Shown here piece by piece: positions 54,125-63,194 of a stretch of 64,000 nt of DNA (positions within the stretch are counted from its first letter, which is position 1; every line of letters begins with the position of its first letter). The position numbers and the translations under genes are program-made. A model generated the notes under the pieces. The model saw nothing but the letters and a program-made list of their open reading frames with translations. It made no database searches and was not told the DNA's origin. Where the stretch lies: the NCBI GenBank assembly GCA_977020255.1, contig CDROCS010001674.1, positions 248,001-312,000 on the forward strand, read 5' to 3'. This stretch comes from Obrimoposthia wandeli (Eukaryota).

Positions 54125-57100
54125 TTAGCTTATTTCTGAACCATTAAAGTTAATCTTGTCGGTGTCACTATCACTCCAGATCGTGACTTCGTTCCCATCA
54201 CCATTACTGAACGTGTAACCAAATAATCCATCAGTATCAATATTACTGGCTTCGTAGGCCTCACGAAGCTCATTGGATAAGTCGGCGTTGTTATCTGATA
54301 GCTCCCAACCAAACCCTTCAAGTTGCAGTGAGTCTGCTCCTGAGCACACGAATTGTCCGTTGGTTGCACTGTCGGTTTCGTTTAACAGTACTTTATCTAA
54401 AGCAACTTTCAGCTGAGCATCATTAGCATTAACTACAACCCCTTCAATTTGTTGGAGTGCAGATTGCGTCATGTCAATAATTTGCCCATTGTTGTCGCTA
54501 CCAACCGCTAATAGGTCGAACCCATCACCGCCATTAATATTGGTGTCATTCTTATCGAAGATTAATGTATCGTTACCGCTGCCCGCAAATAATTGGTCAA
54601 TGCCAGCACCACCATCCAGTACATCATCACCGCTTTGACCAAAGAGTAAATCATCGCCTGAATCACCATGAAGGGTATCGTTACCGATGCCGCCATCAAG
54701 GCTATCGTCATTGTCTCCGCCAGCGAGTGTGTCGTTATCACCACCGCCTGATAATGTATCGTCACCACTACCACCGGTTAATGAGTCATTCCCAGAACCG
54801 CCGTACAAGGTATCTGCTCCAGTATCTCCAGATAGAGAATCGCTCCCTGTTTCACCATAAAGAACATCATCACCGGAACCACCTTTTAAGGTGTCATTTC
54901 CTTCGCCAGCCCATAAGGTATCATTACCAGAATCACCTTTAAGCGTATCGTTACCAATATCACCTTTTAAGATATCGTTACCTGAACCGCCTGAAAGGAT
55001 GTCATTACCAGCTCCGCCATCCAGCTGATCGTCATTATTTTGGCCGTAGAGCTTGTCATCACCGTCGTCGCCAGTAAGTACATCGTTACCGCTACCACCG
55101 TATAACTTGTCGTTGTCAGCACCACCTGAAAGCGTATCATCACCAGATCCCGCGCTCAGTGTATCAGCACCTTCACCGCCAGATAATAAGTCTGAACCTG
55201 AACCCGATGTGAGTTTATCGTTGCCTTCGCCACCGTCTAACGTGTTGTTACCATCGCCAGCAAAAAGTGTGTCAGAGCCTAACCCTCCAACAAGAATATC
55301 ATTCCCTTTACCTGCGGTTACTGTATCGTTGCCATCGCCGCCATCTAAGGTATTGTCACCAGAATCGGCATTGAGTATGTCGTTACCCTCACCACCACTT
55401 AAGCGGTCATTTCCTGACCCTGCTGTTAGAGTATCATCGCCATCACCGCCTTCGAGGGTGTCATTACCGTCGAAGCCTTCTAGTCGGTCATTACCTGCAT
55501 CACCCCGCAGAATATCATCAGCAGCAGCTCCGTAAAGCACATCGTTATCGTCGCCACCTTCAAGGGTGTTGTTACCACTATTTGCATGTAATTCATCGTT
55601 GCCAGCACCGCCTAATAGTGTGTCATCACCTTCACCAGCAAAGAGTTTGTCTGCACCGTCACCACCCAGTAATCGGTCGTTACCGTCGCCGCCCAGCAGA
55701 ACGTCGTCGCCTAATTCACCTGAAAGTGTATCGTTGCCTGCTCCTCCTTCGATGGTATCGATACCTGCGCCACCAGAAAGGTTATCATTGCCTTCTGCAC
55801 CGCTTAGTTTGTCTGAACCAGAACCCGCAATAACGGTATCATTGCCACTGCCACCATAAAGGGTGTTATCACCTTCCCCAAGGTCAATGGTGTTATTACC
55901 TGCTTCACCATAGACGGTGTCATTGCCGTCGCCAGCAATAATTGTATCGTTACCTGCACCTGCATAGAGGGCATCATCGCCAGCGCCACCTTGAATTGTA
56001 TCTTGGTCTGCGCCGCCGTATAACGTATCGTTTTGGCTGCTACCGATTAATGTATCATCACCCGCGCCACCAAATATCTGATGGCTCCCTGTTGCCGCTG
56101 CGATTAGCGTATCATCACCGCCTTCACCAAGAAGGGTGTCTTGGCCATCATCAGTAATCGTATCGTTACCATCACCGCCAGCTAAGAAGTCGTACCCATC
56201 ACCACCGATTAATGTATCATCGCCAGCACCACCAAATAATGCATCGTTGCCATCGCCACCATCGAGTAAATCGCTGCCTGAACCTGCATCGATATGATCA
56301 TCGCCAAGCCCTGCGGTAATTGTGTCATCGCCGTCGCCGGCAAATATCTGGTCGTTGCCATCGCCAGCATCAATGGTATCGCTGTTAATACCACCATAAA
56401 TGTTATCAGCACCTGATCCTGCGGTGATTTGGTTGCTACCCGCTTCGCCATAAATTGTGTCGTCGCCATCACCCGCATTAATAACATCATTACCGCTACC
56501 AGCGTAAATGGTGTCATTACCTGCGTTCGACGTAATTGTATCATTGCCTGAACCACCGCCAAGAATGTCAGCTTCGTCGGCACTCACAAGAGTATCGTTA
56601 CCAGCATCACCGTAAAGCTGGCTAATACCTAAGTCGCCATCAAGGCTGTCATTACCATCACCACCTGCGAGAAGGTCATCTCCTTGTCCGCCGAGTAAGG
56701 TATCATTACCAACACCTCCGACTAAGATGTCATTACCATCACCGCCCTCTAAGCTATCGTCACCAGAACCGCCAAGTAAGGTATCAGCTCCTTCAGCGCC
56801 TTGCAGGTTGTCATCACCGCTATGACCTTCGAGTAAATCATCACCTTGACCTGCGAGTAAGGTATCGTTATCGGCACCGCCGTAAAGGGCATCGTTTTCG
56901 TTAGACCCAGTTAAAGTATCCTCACCTTGACCGCCGAAGAGTGAACTGCTGTTTGTACCTGCGTTAATGGTGTCGTTGCCGTTTTCGCCATAAAGCGCGT
57001 TATTACCTTGCTCACCATGAATAATATCGTCACCAGCGCCAGCATAAACGGTATCGACACCGTCACCAGCGTAGATTGTATCTATACCTGCTCCGGCGAA

Positions 57101-58852
57101 TACTTCATCGTTGCCTGTACCAGCTTGAATTAAATCATTGCCGCTGCCGGTGAATACATCATCATCACCAATGCCTGACGTGATTGTATTGTCACCATCA
57201 CCTGCATAAATCACATCATGCCCATCACCAGCATCAATGGTGTCGTTACCTTCGGCACTGTAAATCGTGTCGTTATCTGTGCCGGTATTTATGGTGTTAT
57301 TACCCGCACCTGCAAAAACGGTATCGTGTCCTGCGCCGGTATTGATTGTGTCGTTACCGGTATCGGTATAAACCGTATCGTCGCCATCATCCGCGGTTAC
57401 AGTGTTATTGCCGGTTTCACCATAAATGGTATCGTTACCTGTGCCGCCATCAATAAAGTCATCACCTTCACCTGCATAGATGAAATCATCACCCGCGCCT
57501 GCATTTATAATGTCATTGCCTTCATTAGCATGAAGGATATCGGAGCCGTCACCACCCTCTAATACATCATTGCCTGCGCCACCAAAGAGTTGGTCACTAT
57601 CAGCGCCCCCGACAAGTTGGTCGTTGCCTAGGCCGCCATAAACCATATCGGCACCAGCCCCACCCGTAATGATATCGTCACCAGCTTCTCCAAACAGGTT
57701 ATCGTTACCATCACCACCTGATAGATTGTCGTTACCATCACCACCGAGTAGCAAATCATTGTCTGCGCCGCCTTCAATAATATCAGCGCCATCACCGCCT
57801 AAAATGAAATCGTCACCAGCACCACCAGTGATGATATCGTCACCAGCGTCACCATGAATTTCATCTTTTCCTTCGCCACCAGATAAAGTGTCAATGCCTA
57901 AGCCACCGAATAAACTGTCGTTACCAGTGCCACCTGTAAGGGTGTCATTGCCATCATCACCGAGTAATATGTCGTTACCTGCACCACCATCGATAATATC
58001 GTCGCCCAACTCACCTAAAAGGGTGTCATCACCATCGTCACCGAATAATGTATCGTTTCCATCGCTACCTAAGAGGGTATCGTTATCAGAACCGCCATAA
58101 AGGGTATCGTCACCGTTACCACCTACGAGTACATCGTCGCCTTCATCGCCATAAAGAGTATCGTTGTTGATATCTCCGTCGATAAAGTCATTCCCCGTAC
58201 CACCGTAAATAGTATCTGAACCTTGTTGTCCAAATAGGCTATCGTTACCCGCTCCACCTGAAATTGTGTCGTTGTAGATGTTATTCGCGATAAATTCTAC
58301 TGATTCTATATCGGTAATATCTTTTCCATCGGGACCAACAAGTGTGAATGAAATTAGCTGTTCAGCACCGACTTCATCAGCAGTAAAAGCGATATCAACA
58401 ATAACATCACCATTTTCATCAATTGTCGCAGGTATCGTTTTTATAACGTTACCATCTTGGTCTGTTAACTCGACGGTGATTGCCGTGAATGCGGTATTAA
58501 CTGAAAATTTTGTTGTTATTGATCCTGATTGATCAACGACATAGTTACCTAAGCGAGCACTGTGAGAAATTTGTTCTTGTTCATCATCAGAAGAAGCGGT
58601 GTATTTATAAACAGTTTGTGCATCTCCCCAGTTGTCATTCGTTGCCGGTTTTGCTGGAGGTTCTGTACCATACTCAACATCCCCTAAAATGGTATCTGAA
58701 CCATCACCACCAGATAACAGATCACTACCTTCACCACCGACTACAAAATCATCTCCAGCTTTTGCATCGACTTCATCATTACCAGATCGCGTATTGATGT
58801 TATCGTCTTGAGTTGTCCCGTCCACTTTGTCGTTGAATTTCGTTCCTTCCAT
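54125..58852 (-). CDS. Giant RTX-repeat Ca2+-binding protein (1575 aa), probable T1SS substrate
   Basis: No Sec signal; ~6 N-terminal nonapeptides, a ~135-aa unique domain, ~137 contiguous GGxGxDxLx repeats, and a C-terminal non-repeat secretion domain; GAGG RBS. Confidence 0.93.
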   Translation of the reverse strand: MEGTKFNDKVDGTTQDDNINTRSGNDEVDAKAGDDFVVGGEGSDLLSGGDGSDTILGDVEYGTEPPAKPATNDNWGDAQTVYKYTASSDDEQEQISHSARLGNYVVDQSGSITTKFSVNTAFTAITVELTDQDGNVIKTIPATIDENGDVIVDIAFTADEVGAEQLISFTLVGPDGKDITDIESVEFIANNIYNDTISGGAGNDSLFGQQGSDTIYGGTGNDFIDGDINNDTLYGDEGDDVLVGGNGDDTLYGGSDNDTLLGSDGNDTLFGDDGDDTLLGELGDDIIDGGAGNDILLGDDGNDTLTGGTGNDSLFGGLGIDTLSGGEGKDEIHGDAGDDIITGGAGDDFILGGDGADIIEGGADNDLLLGGDGNDNLSGGDGNDNLFGEAGDDIITGGAGADMVYGGLGNDQLVGGADSDQLFGGAGNDVLEGGDGSDILHANEGNDIINAGAGDDFIYAGEGDDFIDGGTGNDTIYGETGNNTVTADDGDDTVYTDTGNDTINTGAGHDTVFAGAGNNTINTGTDNDTIYSAEGNDTIDAGDGHDVIYAGDGDNTITSGIGDDDVFTGSGNDLIQAGTGNDEVFAGAGIDTIYAGDGVDTVYAGAGDDIIHGEQGNNALYGENGNDTINAGTNSSSLFGGQGEDTLTGSNENDALYGGADNDTLLAGQGDDLLEGHSGDDNLQGAEGADTLLGGSGDDSLEGGDGNDILVGGVGNDTLLGGQGDDLLAGGDGNDSLDGDLGISQLYGDAGNDTLVSADEADILGGGSGNDTITSNAGNDTIYAGSGNDVINAGDGDDTIYGEAGSNQITAGSGADNIYGGINSDTIDAGDGNDQIFAGDGDDTITAGLGDDHIDAGSGSDLLDGGDGNDALFGGAGDDTLIGGDGYDFLAGGDGNDTITDDGQDTLLGEGGDDTLIAAATGSHQIFGGAGDDTLIGSSQNDTLYGGADQDTIQGGAGDDALYAGAGNDTIIAGDGNDTVYGEAGNNTIDLGEGDNTLYGGSGNDTVIAGSGSDKLSGAEGNDNLSGGAGIDTIEGGAGNDTLSGELGDDVLLGGDGNDRLLGGDGADKLFAGEGDDTLLGGAGNDELHANSGNNTLEGGDDNDVLYGAAADDILRGDAGNDRLEGFDGNDTLEGGDGDDTLTAGSGNDRLSGGEGNDILNADSGDNTLDGGDGNDTVTAGKGNDILVGGLGSDTLFAGDGNNTLDGGEGNDKLTSGSGSDLLSGGEGADTLSAGSGDDTLSGGADNDKLYGGSGNDVLTGDDGDDKLYGQNNDDQLDGGAGNDILSGGSGNDILKGDIGNDTLKGDSGNDTLWAGEGNDTLKGGSGDDVLYGETGSDSLSGDTGADTLYGGSGNDSLTGGSGDDTLSGGGDNDTLAGGDNDDSLDGGIGNDTLHGDSGDDLLFGQSGDDVLDGGAGIDQLFAGSGNDTLIFDKNDTNINGGDGFDLLAVGSDNNGQIIDMTQSALQQIEGVVVNANDAQLKVALDKVLLNETDSATNGQFVCSGADSLQLEGFGWELSDNNADLSNELREAYEASNIDTDGLFGYTFSNGDGNEVTIWSDSDTDKINFNGSEIS
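54560..58258 (-). repeat. 27-bp-period RTX nonapeptide array (~137 units, residues 199-1431)
   Basis: Parsed by hand; the span equals 137 x 27 bp exactly, with one 8-residue unit compensated by one 10-residue unit. Confidence 0.9.
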
Positions 58853-58926
58853 TTGAACCTCTCAATATTGGTTAATACGCCGTCTATGTGATGGCAGTCG
58901 ATATGTGATAATCATGTTCATAAACT

Positions 58927-58945
58927 TAGGCATTAAGAATGCCAA
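58927..58945 (-). promoter_or_regulatory. Possible sigma-54 promoter or palindromic operator upstream of the RTX gene
   Basis: Minus strand TTGGCATTCTTAATGCC gives GG-N10-GC; it is also a GGCATT-N3-AATGCC palindrome, ~75 bp before the ATG. Confidence 0.4.
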
Positions 58946-59211
58946 AAATTAACGATTTTTTAAAAAAAACCAAATAAGCATCAAGCTAAACATCACTAAA
59001 ACAAAGTGTTTAGGTATTAATTTTTTGTTTTTATTGGTTTTTTGTGCTTTTTGTTTTCATCTTTATGAGTGCTGTATAATAAAAGCACTTAATGAAGGGT
59101 AGTGTTTTTTCTGGGCATTGCCACTGAGTATGTATGCACTTATATGCTTATTTTCATTTTGAGAGGATAAATTGAAAAAAGAAGACTGTAGGATATTTTT
59201 AAAATGCGAAA

Positions 59212-60204
59212 TCAGAAGGTAAAAGAGTATGAAATAGAGAACGCACCATCTATAAATCGGCCTGTATCTTCTCCTCGATCTGATGAATTCCAGCGGTTAC
59301 CTGAGTAGTTATTATATTGGATGGTAATTGTGCCAGGGTGCCAATCGAAGTAACCAAATCCATAGGTGAAATCAGGATTCCAAGGCTGCTTTTGGCTGCT
59401 ATCAAAATAATAAAATGCAGTCGCATTGACATACCAATTGCCGAATATTGAATACTTACAGCCTAAACTCAGGGTTTTGTGGCCTTGTTTATAGGTTGAT
59501 GATGCAAGATCGAAGTATTCAGGGGTGAAGTTAAAATCTGTTTGACAGCCTATGGCTCCTTCCTCAGTAAAAGACAGCCAATCAATAAACGGTTTAGTAA
59601 TAGGAAACTTCCAACCCAAAGACCATGTACCCTGATCAAAGTTCGTGACGGGTTGCTCTTCTGTTGCTTTAAAGCGATTACCGCCGTAGTTGGCATACAT
59701 CAAGCTGAAGGTATAAGGACGCCAATCACTGTAGCCAAAAACATAGGTGAAATCAGGGTTCCACGCTTGTTGCTGATCACCGTCTATGTAGTAGTACAGT
59801 GTACTTGCGACAAACCAATTTCCTAATATTGTGTATTTTAACGATAACGTCGCGGTTGCGTTATTGTTAGTCGGCCCAGTCGTAGCATTGGCGGGCAGGT
59901 TAGCTGCAGATGTTTGAAGCATAGGATAACCAAGCGCAAAATTACCGCTTAAACCGTGTAACCATGAACGGTCTTCATTATCGTCATCCCATTCTTCAAA
60001 TGGCAAATCAAAAGAACTGGATACACCTTTCCAAATTAAATCGGATTCAGCTGGCTTAGGCTCTTCATCCAAGCTAATTGCTTTTGTAAAGTTGGGTGAT
60101 ATCGGTTTGGGGGCTTGTTTAGCCGTTTCAGCCATATACTCACTCGATACCGCAATAGATGAACATAGCAAACAGGGAAAATATAGAAATAATAATTTAT
60201 GCAT
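59212..60204 (-). CDS. Predicted outer-membrane beta-barrel protein with an internal 57-aa duplication
   Basis: Signal peptide, aromatic amphipathic strands, C-terminal FSISYSFTF (BAM-type terminal Phe), two copies of 'WNPDFTY.FGY.DW.P'. Confidence 0.75.
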   Translation of the reverse strand: MHKLLFLYFPCLLCSSIAVSSEYMAETAKQAPKPISPNFTKAISLDEEPKPAESDLIWKGVSSSFDLPFEEWDDDNEDRSWLHGLSGNFALGYPMLQTSAANLPANATTGPTNNNATATLSLKYTILGNWFVASTLYYYIDGDQQQAWNPDFTYVFGYSDWRPYTFSLMYANYGGNRFKATEEQPVTNFDQGTWSLGWKFPITKPFIDWLSFTEEGAIGCQTDFNFTPEYFDLASSTYKQGHKTLSLGCKYSIFGNWYVNATAFYYFDSSQKQPWNPDFTYGFGYFDWHPGTITIQYNNYSGNRWNSSDRGEDTGRFIDGAFSISYSFTF

Positions 60205-60441
60205 TGGCTTGCTTATGGTTGTTAAAGTTACTTACAATGGATGCGCGCAAAGTCACAGATAATTAACAAGTTACACCTAATTTAATTATGAAGTGACTTT
60301 TTTGTCTAATTTTTTGGCTATCGTCATAAAGGTTACTAGACTCTGTTATATATGCCATATGTTTCTTATTAATTGACTTTAATCTTAGCTAATGCGGTTG
60401 GTTGGCATGTTGGGTAGGAATGAAAAGAAGGTGCTACACCG

Positions 60442-61701
60442 ATGAGAGACATTTTACTGGTTGATGACAATCGAACAATGCTGATGTTCATGGAAAAAAT
60501 GCTGACAAAGCGTGGTTTCAATGTCATTACAGCAAATGACGGTTTGCAAGCGCTGGAAGTGTTGAAAGTCAATCCACACATACAGTTTGTACTCAGTGAT
60601 TGGATGATGCCTGAAATGGACGGCATAGAATTGTGCACACGTTTAAAGTCAGGTAATTACTCTCGGTATATTTTTTTCGTTTTGTTATCAGGTAAAGATG
60701 ATCAAGCTTCGATAATCAATGGTATCAATGCCGGGGCTGATGATTTTGTTGTAAAAGATACCCATGTTGATGAGCTTGATGCACGTATTAGAGCAGGGTT
60801 CAGAACATTAGCGCTACATAATGAAATAACAGAGAAAAATAATGAGCTTGATGGTGCTTATGCGACCATTCAGAAAGATTTAGAGTCTGCAGGTGAACTT
60901 GTTCGTCGCTTATTACCATCCCAAAAGAAACTGACAGGTGTAGAGCTCAGTTATGTATCTATACCCAGTGCTCAGATTGGTGGTGATATGTTGGGCTATA
61001 TGCAGCTTGATGAAGATCATGTGGCGTTTTATTTACTTGATGTCGCAGGGCATGGTGTGTCGTCTGCCTTGATGTCATTTTCGGTTCAGCAAAGTATTTC
61101 AACGAATTCGGGTAAAGGCTCAATCGTTAAAATGCAAACATCAGAGCCGCCGTATTATGAAATTACCTCACCCAAAGATGTACTCAAGCAACTCAATGAT
61201 ATTTATTTAAGCGATGATGAAAACCTATTGTATTTCACCATGGTTTACTCGGTCCTGAATGTGAAAACGGGGCTTTTATCATTTTCGAGTGCAGGGCATC
61301 CGCCCTTAGTTTGGTTACATGCTGAATTAAATGATGCTGAATTTATTGGTCAAGATAGTTTTGTTGTCGGAGCGTTTGATTTTGTTGAGTTCCAAACGGC
61401 AGAAATTCAATTGGAACCGGGCGATAAAATTTGGATATATTCAGATGGGCTTACAGAAGCAGAACATGAAACGAAACAATTTTCAGAAGAAGGGTTGAGA
61501 CAAGCCGTTATCGATTTAAATCATCACTCCACTGCCGTTCAAACAGAATTATTGGTTAATCGAGTCAGAGATTGGCAAAAGTCAGAACAATTTGATGATG
61601 ATGTTAGCGTACTGGCAGTAGAGTGGACAGGTTATTCAGAAGGGGAACAAACATGCAATACGAAGTTATCAACAAGGGTCAATGCACAGTTCTTCAAATA
61701 A
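60442..61701 (+). CDS. Response-regulator receiver fused to a PP2C/SpoIIE phosphatase (RsbU/RsbP-like)
   Basis: REC 'LLVDD' and 'SDWMMPEMDG'; PP2C 'GGD', 'LLDVAGHG', 'YSDGLTE', 'DDVS'. Confidence 0.93.
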   Translation: MRDILLVDDNRTMLMFMEKMLTKRGFNVITANDGLQALEVLKVNPHIQFVLSDWMMPEMDGIELCTRLKSGNYSRYIFFVLLSGKDDQASIINGINAGADDFVVKDTHVDELDARIRAGFRTLALHNEITEKNNELDGAYATIQKDLESAGELVRRLLPSQKKLTGVELSYVSIPSAQIGGDMLGYMQLDEDHVAFYLLDVAGHGVSSALMSFSVQQSISTNSGKGSIVKMQTSEPPYYEITSPKDVLKQLNDIYLSDDENLLYFTMVYSVLNVKTGLLSFSSAGHPPLVWLHAELNDAEFIGQDSFVVGAFDFVEFQTAEIQLEPGDKIWIYSDGLTEAEHETKQFSEEGLRQAVIDLNHHSTAVQTELLVNRVRDWQKSEQFDDDVSVLAVEWTGYSEGEQTCNTKLSTRVNAQFFK

Positions 61702-61985
61702 ATGAAGGGCGGTTTGACGCTAAATTAGCACCGAGTTTTCGTCAAGAAATTGAATCTTTAGCGGGTAGCATTGATTCACATCTTGTGCTGGATTTGACGA
61801 ACGTCCGCTTTATGGATAGCAGTGGTCTTGGTGCTGTTATGGGCGTATATAAAATGTTAAAGGGTAAAAAAATTAGTGTTGTTAACCCGCAGCGAGCTGT
61901 AAGAGAGCTCTTGAAGTTGACTCGAATGGACAAATTGATTTTGAGTTATGAAACGGTTGAAGACGCTGTTGCGACCACAGTATAA
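61653..61985 (+). CDS. STAS anti-anti-sigma-factor-like protein (RsbV/SpoIIAA type)
   Basis: 'LDLTNVRFMDSSGLG' with the phosphoacceptor Ser; GGGGA RBS supports a start at 61653 (49-bp overlap with the PP2C gene). Confidence 0.92.
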   Translation: MQYEVINKGQCTVLQINEGRFDAKLAPSFRQEIESLAGSIDSHLVLDLTNVRFMDSSGLGAVMGVYKMLKGKKISVVNPQRAVRELLKLTRMDKLILSYETVEDAVATTV

Positions 61986-61996
61986 GGAATAGCTTA

Positions 61997-63145
61997 ATGA
62001 AAGGGATGATTCTGGCTGCGGGCAAAGGGACGCGAGTAAAGCCAATAACACAGACGATACCTAAACCAATGATTCCAATTCTCGGAAAGCCAGTGATGGA
62101 ATCAATGATCCAACTCTTTGCCGCGCACGGTATAGATCAAATTGTTGTAAATACCAGCCATCTGGCTGAAGTTATAGAAAACTACTTTAGTGATGGGCAT
62201 CATTTTAATGTTCAGCTTTCTTATTCCTACGAAGGGGAAATGAAAGGCGGTAAATTTATCAGTAAAGCATTAGGTTCTGCTGGTGGAATGAAAAAAATTC
62301 AAGATTTTTCCGGTTTCTTTGATGAAACATTTGTTGTTGTATGTGGTGATGCTTGGATCGATCTTGATCTCACTGAGGCGGTAAGACGTCACAAAGAGTT
62401 AGGTGGTATTGCAACGATTATTTCGAAAGAAGTTGAATTAAGTGAAGTCAGTAAATATGGCGTAGTTGTTACCGACGATAACGGTAGAATTACTTCTTTT
62501 CAAGAAAAGCCAAGTGCTGAAGAAGCCCTGTCGACACAGATTAACAGCGGTATTTATATTTTCGAGCCTGCAATTTTTGATTTTATTCCAAAGGAAGAAG
62601 AATTCGATATTGGTAGCCAGTTATTCCCATTATTGGTTGAGAAAGATATCACCTTCTATGCGACTAAGATGGATTTCCAGTGGTTAGATGTTGGTAATAT
62701 CAGTGATATTTGGGGTGTTACCAGCGAAATATTACATGGTAAAGTGCCGGGCTATCCTGTTCCTGGCACCCAAGTTAAACCTGGCGTGTGGGTGGGTATC
62801 AATACGGTATTTGATCTCGACAAATGTAATATTACCCCTCCTGTCATTATCAGTAGCGGTTGCGAAATTCAAAATGGTGCGACAATTACTGGTCCTGCCT
62901 TAATAGGTTCAAACTGTAAAATTGAATCTGAAGCGGTGATCAGCCAAAGCATAGTGTGTGACTATATCCATATCTCTGGTTCTGCTTATATTGATAATAA
63001 AACTGTTTTTGGTGATTACTTCATTAGTCATGATGGTTTTACTCAATCTTTAATTGAAATGGATGCCATTCATATACTGAAAGATAGGCGTGTAACGCAA
63101 TCTGTAGTCGTGAACAGAACAAACGTTCCAGCGTTTACACCTTAA
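61997..63145 (+). CDS. NDP-sugar pyrophosphorylase, CugP-like (non-GalU UDP-glucose pyrophosphorylase), with C-terminal left-handed beta-helix
   Basis: 'ILAAGKGTRVKPIT.TIPKPMIPIL', 'SYSYEG', 'KALGSAGGMKKIQDFSGFFDETFVVVCGDA.IDLDL', 'FQEKP'; matches cyanobacterial CugP as I recall it. Confidence 0.8.
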   Translation: MKGMILAAGKGTRVKPITQTIPKPMIPILGKPVMESMIQLFAAHGIDQIVVNTSHLAEVIENYFSDGHHFNVQLSYSYEGEMKGGKFISKALGSAGGMKKIQDFSGFFDETFVVVCGDAWIDLDLTEAVRRHKELGGIATIISKEVELSEVSKYGVVVTDDNGRITSFQEKPSAEEALSTQINSGIYIFEPAIFDFIPKEEEFDIGSQLFPLLVEKDITFYATKMDFQWLDVGNISDIWGVTSEILHGKVPGYPVPGTQVKPGVWVGINTVFDLDKCNITPPVIISSGCEIQNGATITGPALIGSNCKIESEAVISQSIVCDYIHISGSAYIDNKTVFGDYFISHDGFTQSLIEMDAIHILKDRRVTQSVVVNRTNVPAFTP

Positions 63146-63194
63146 ATATTTAAAGACTAGGTTTTTTATTCATTTATTTGTAAGGAACTGCCCG

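Noticed and set aside
57000-57500. Ice-binding (MpAFP-like xGTGND) surface in the RTX protein
   Set aside because: GTGND-type turns are scattered (repeats 3, 13, 31, 34, 43) rather than stacked on successive coils, and the coils are 18-residue, not 19-residue.
54560-58258. Regular 27-bp periodicity as a CRISPR array or DNA-level repeat element
   Set aside because: Units are conserved only at the protein level; there is no identical repeat/unique spacer structure and no cas genes.
54130-58797. Many overlapping ORFs (Pro/Ser- or His/Arg-rich) within the RTX gene
   Set aside because: Shadow frames produced by the repetitive GGT/GAT-rich codons.
54125-58852. LapA/MARTX-type adhesin or toxin
   Set aside because: No retention module, Ig/cadherin arrays or effector domains are visible; no LapG/LapD in the window; the ABC transporter lacks a C39-like domain.
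61997-63145. Default annotation as mannose-1-phosphate guanylyltransferase
   Set aside because: The SxEG and ALGSAGG insert matches CugP-type enzymes better; kept only as an alternative pending assay.
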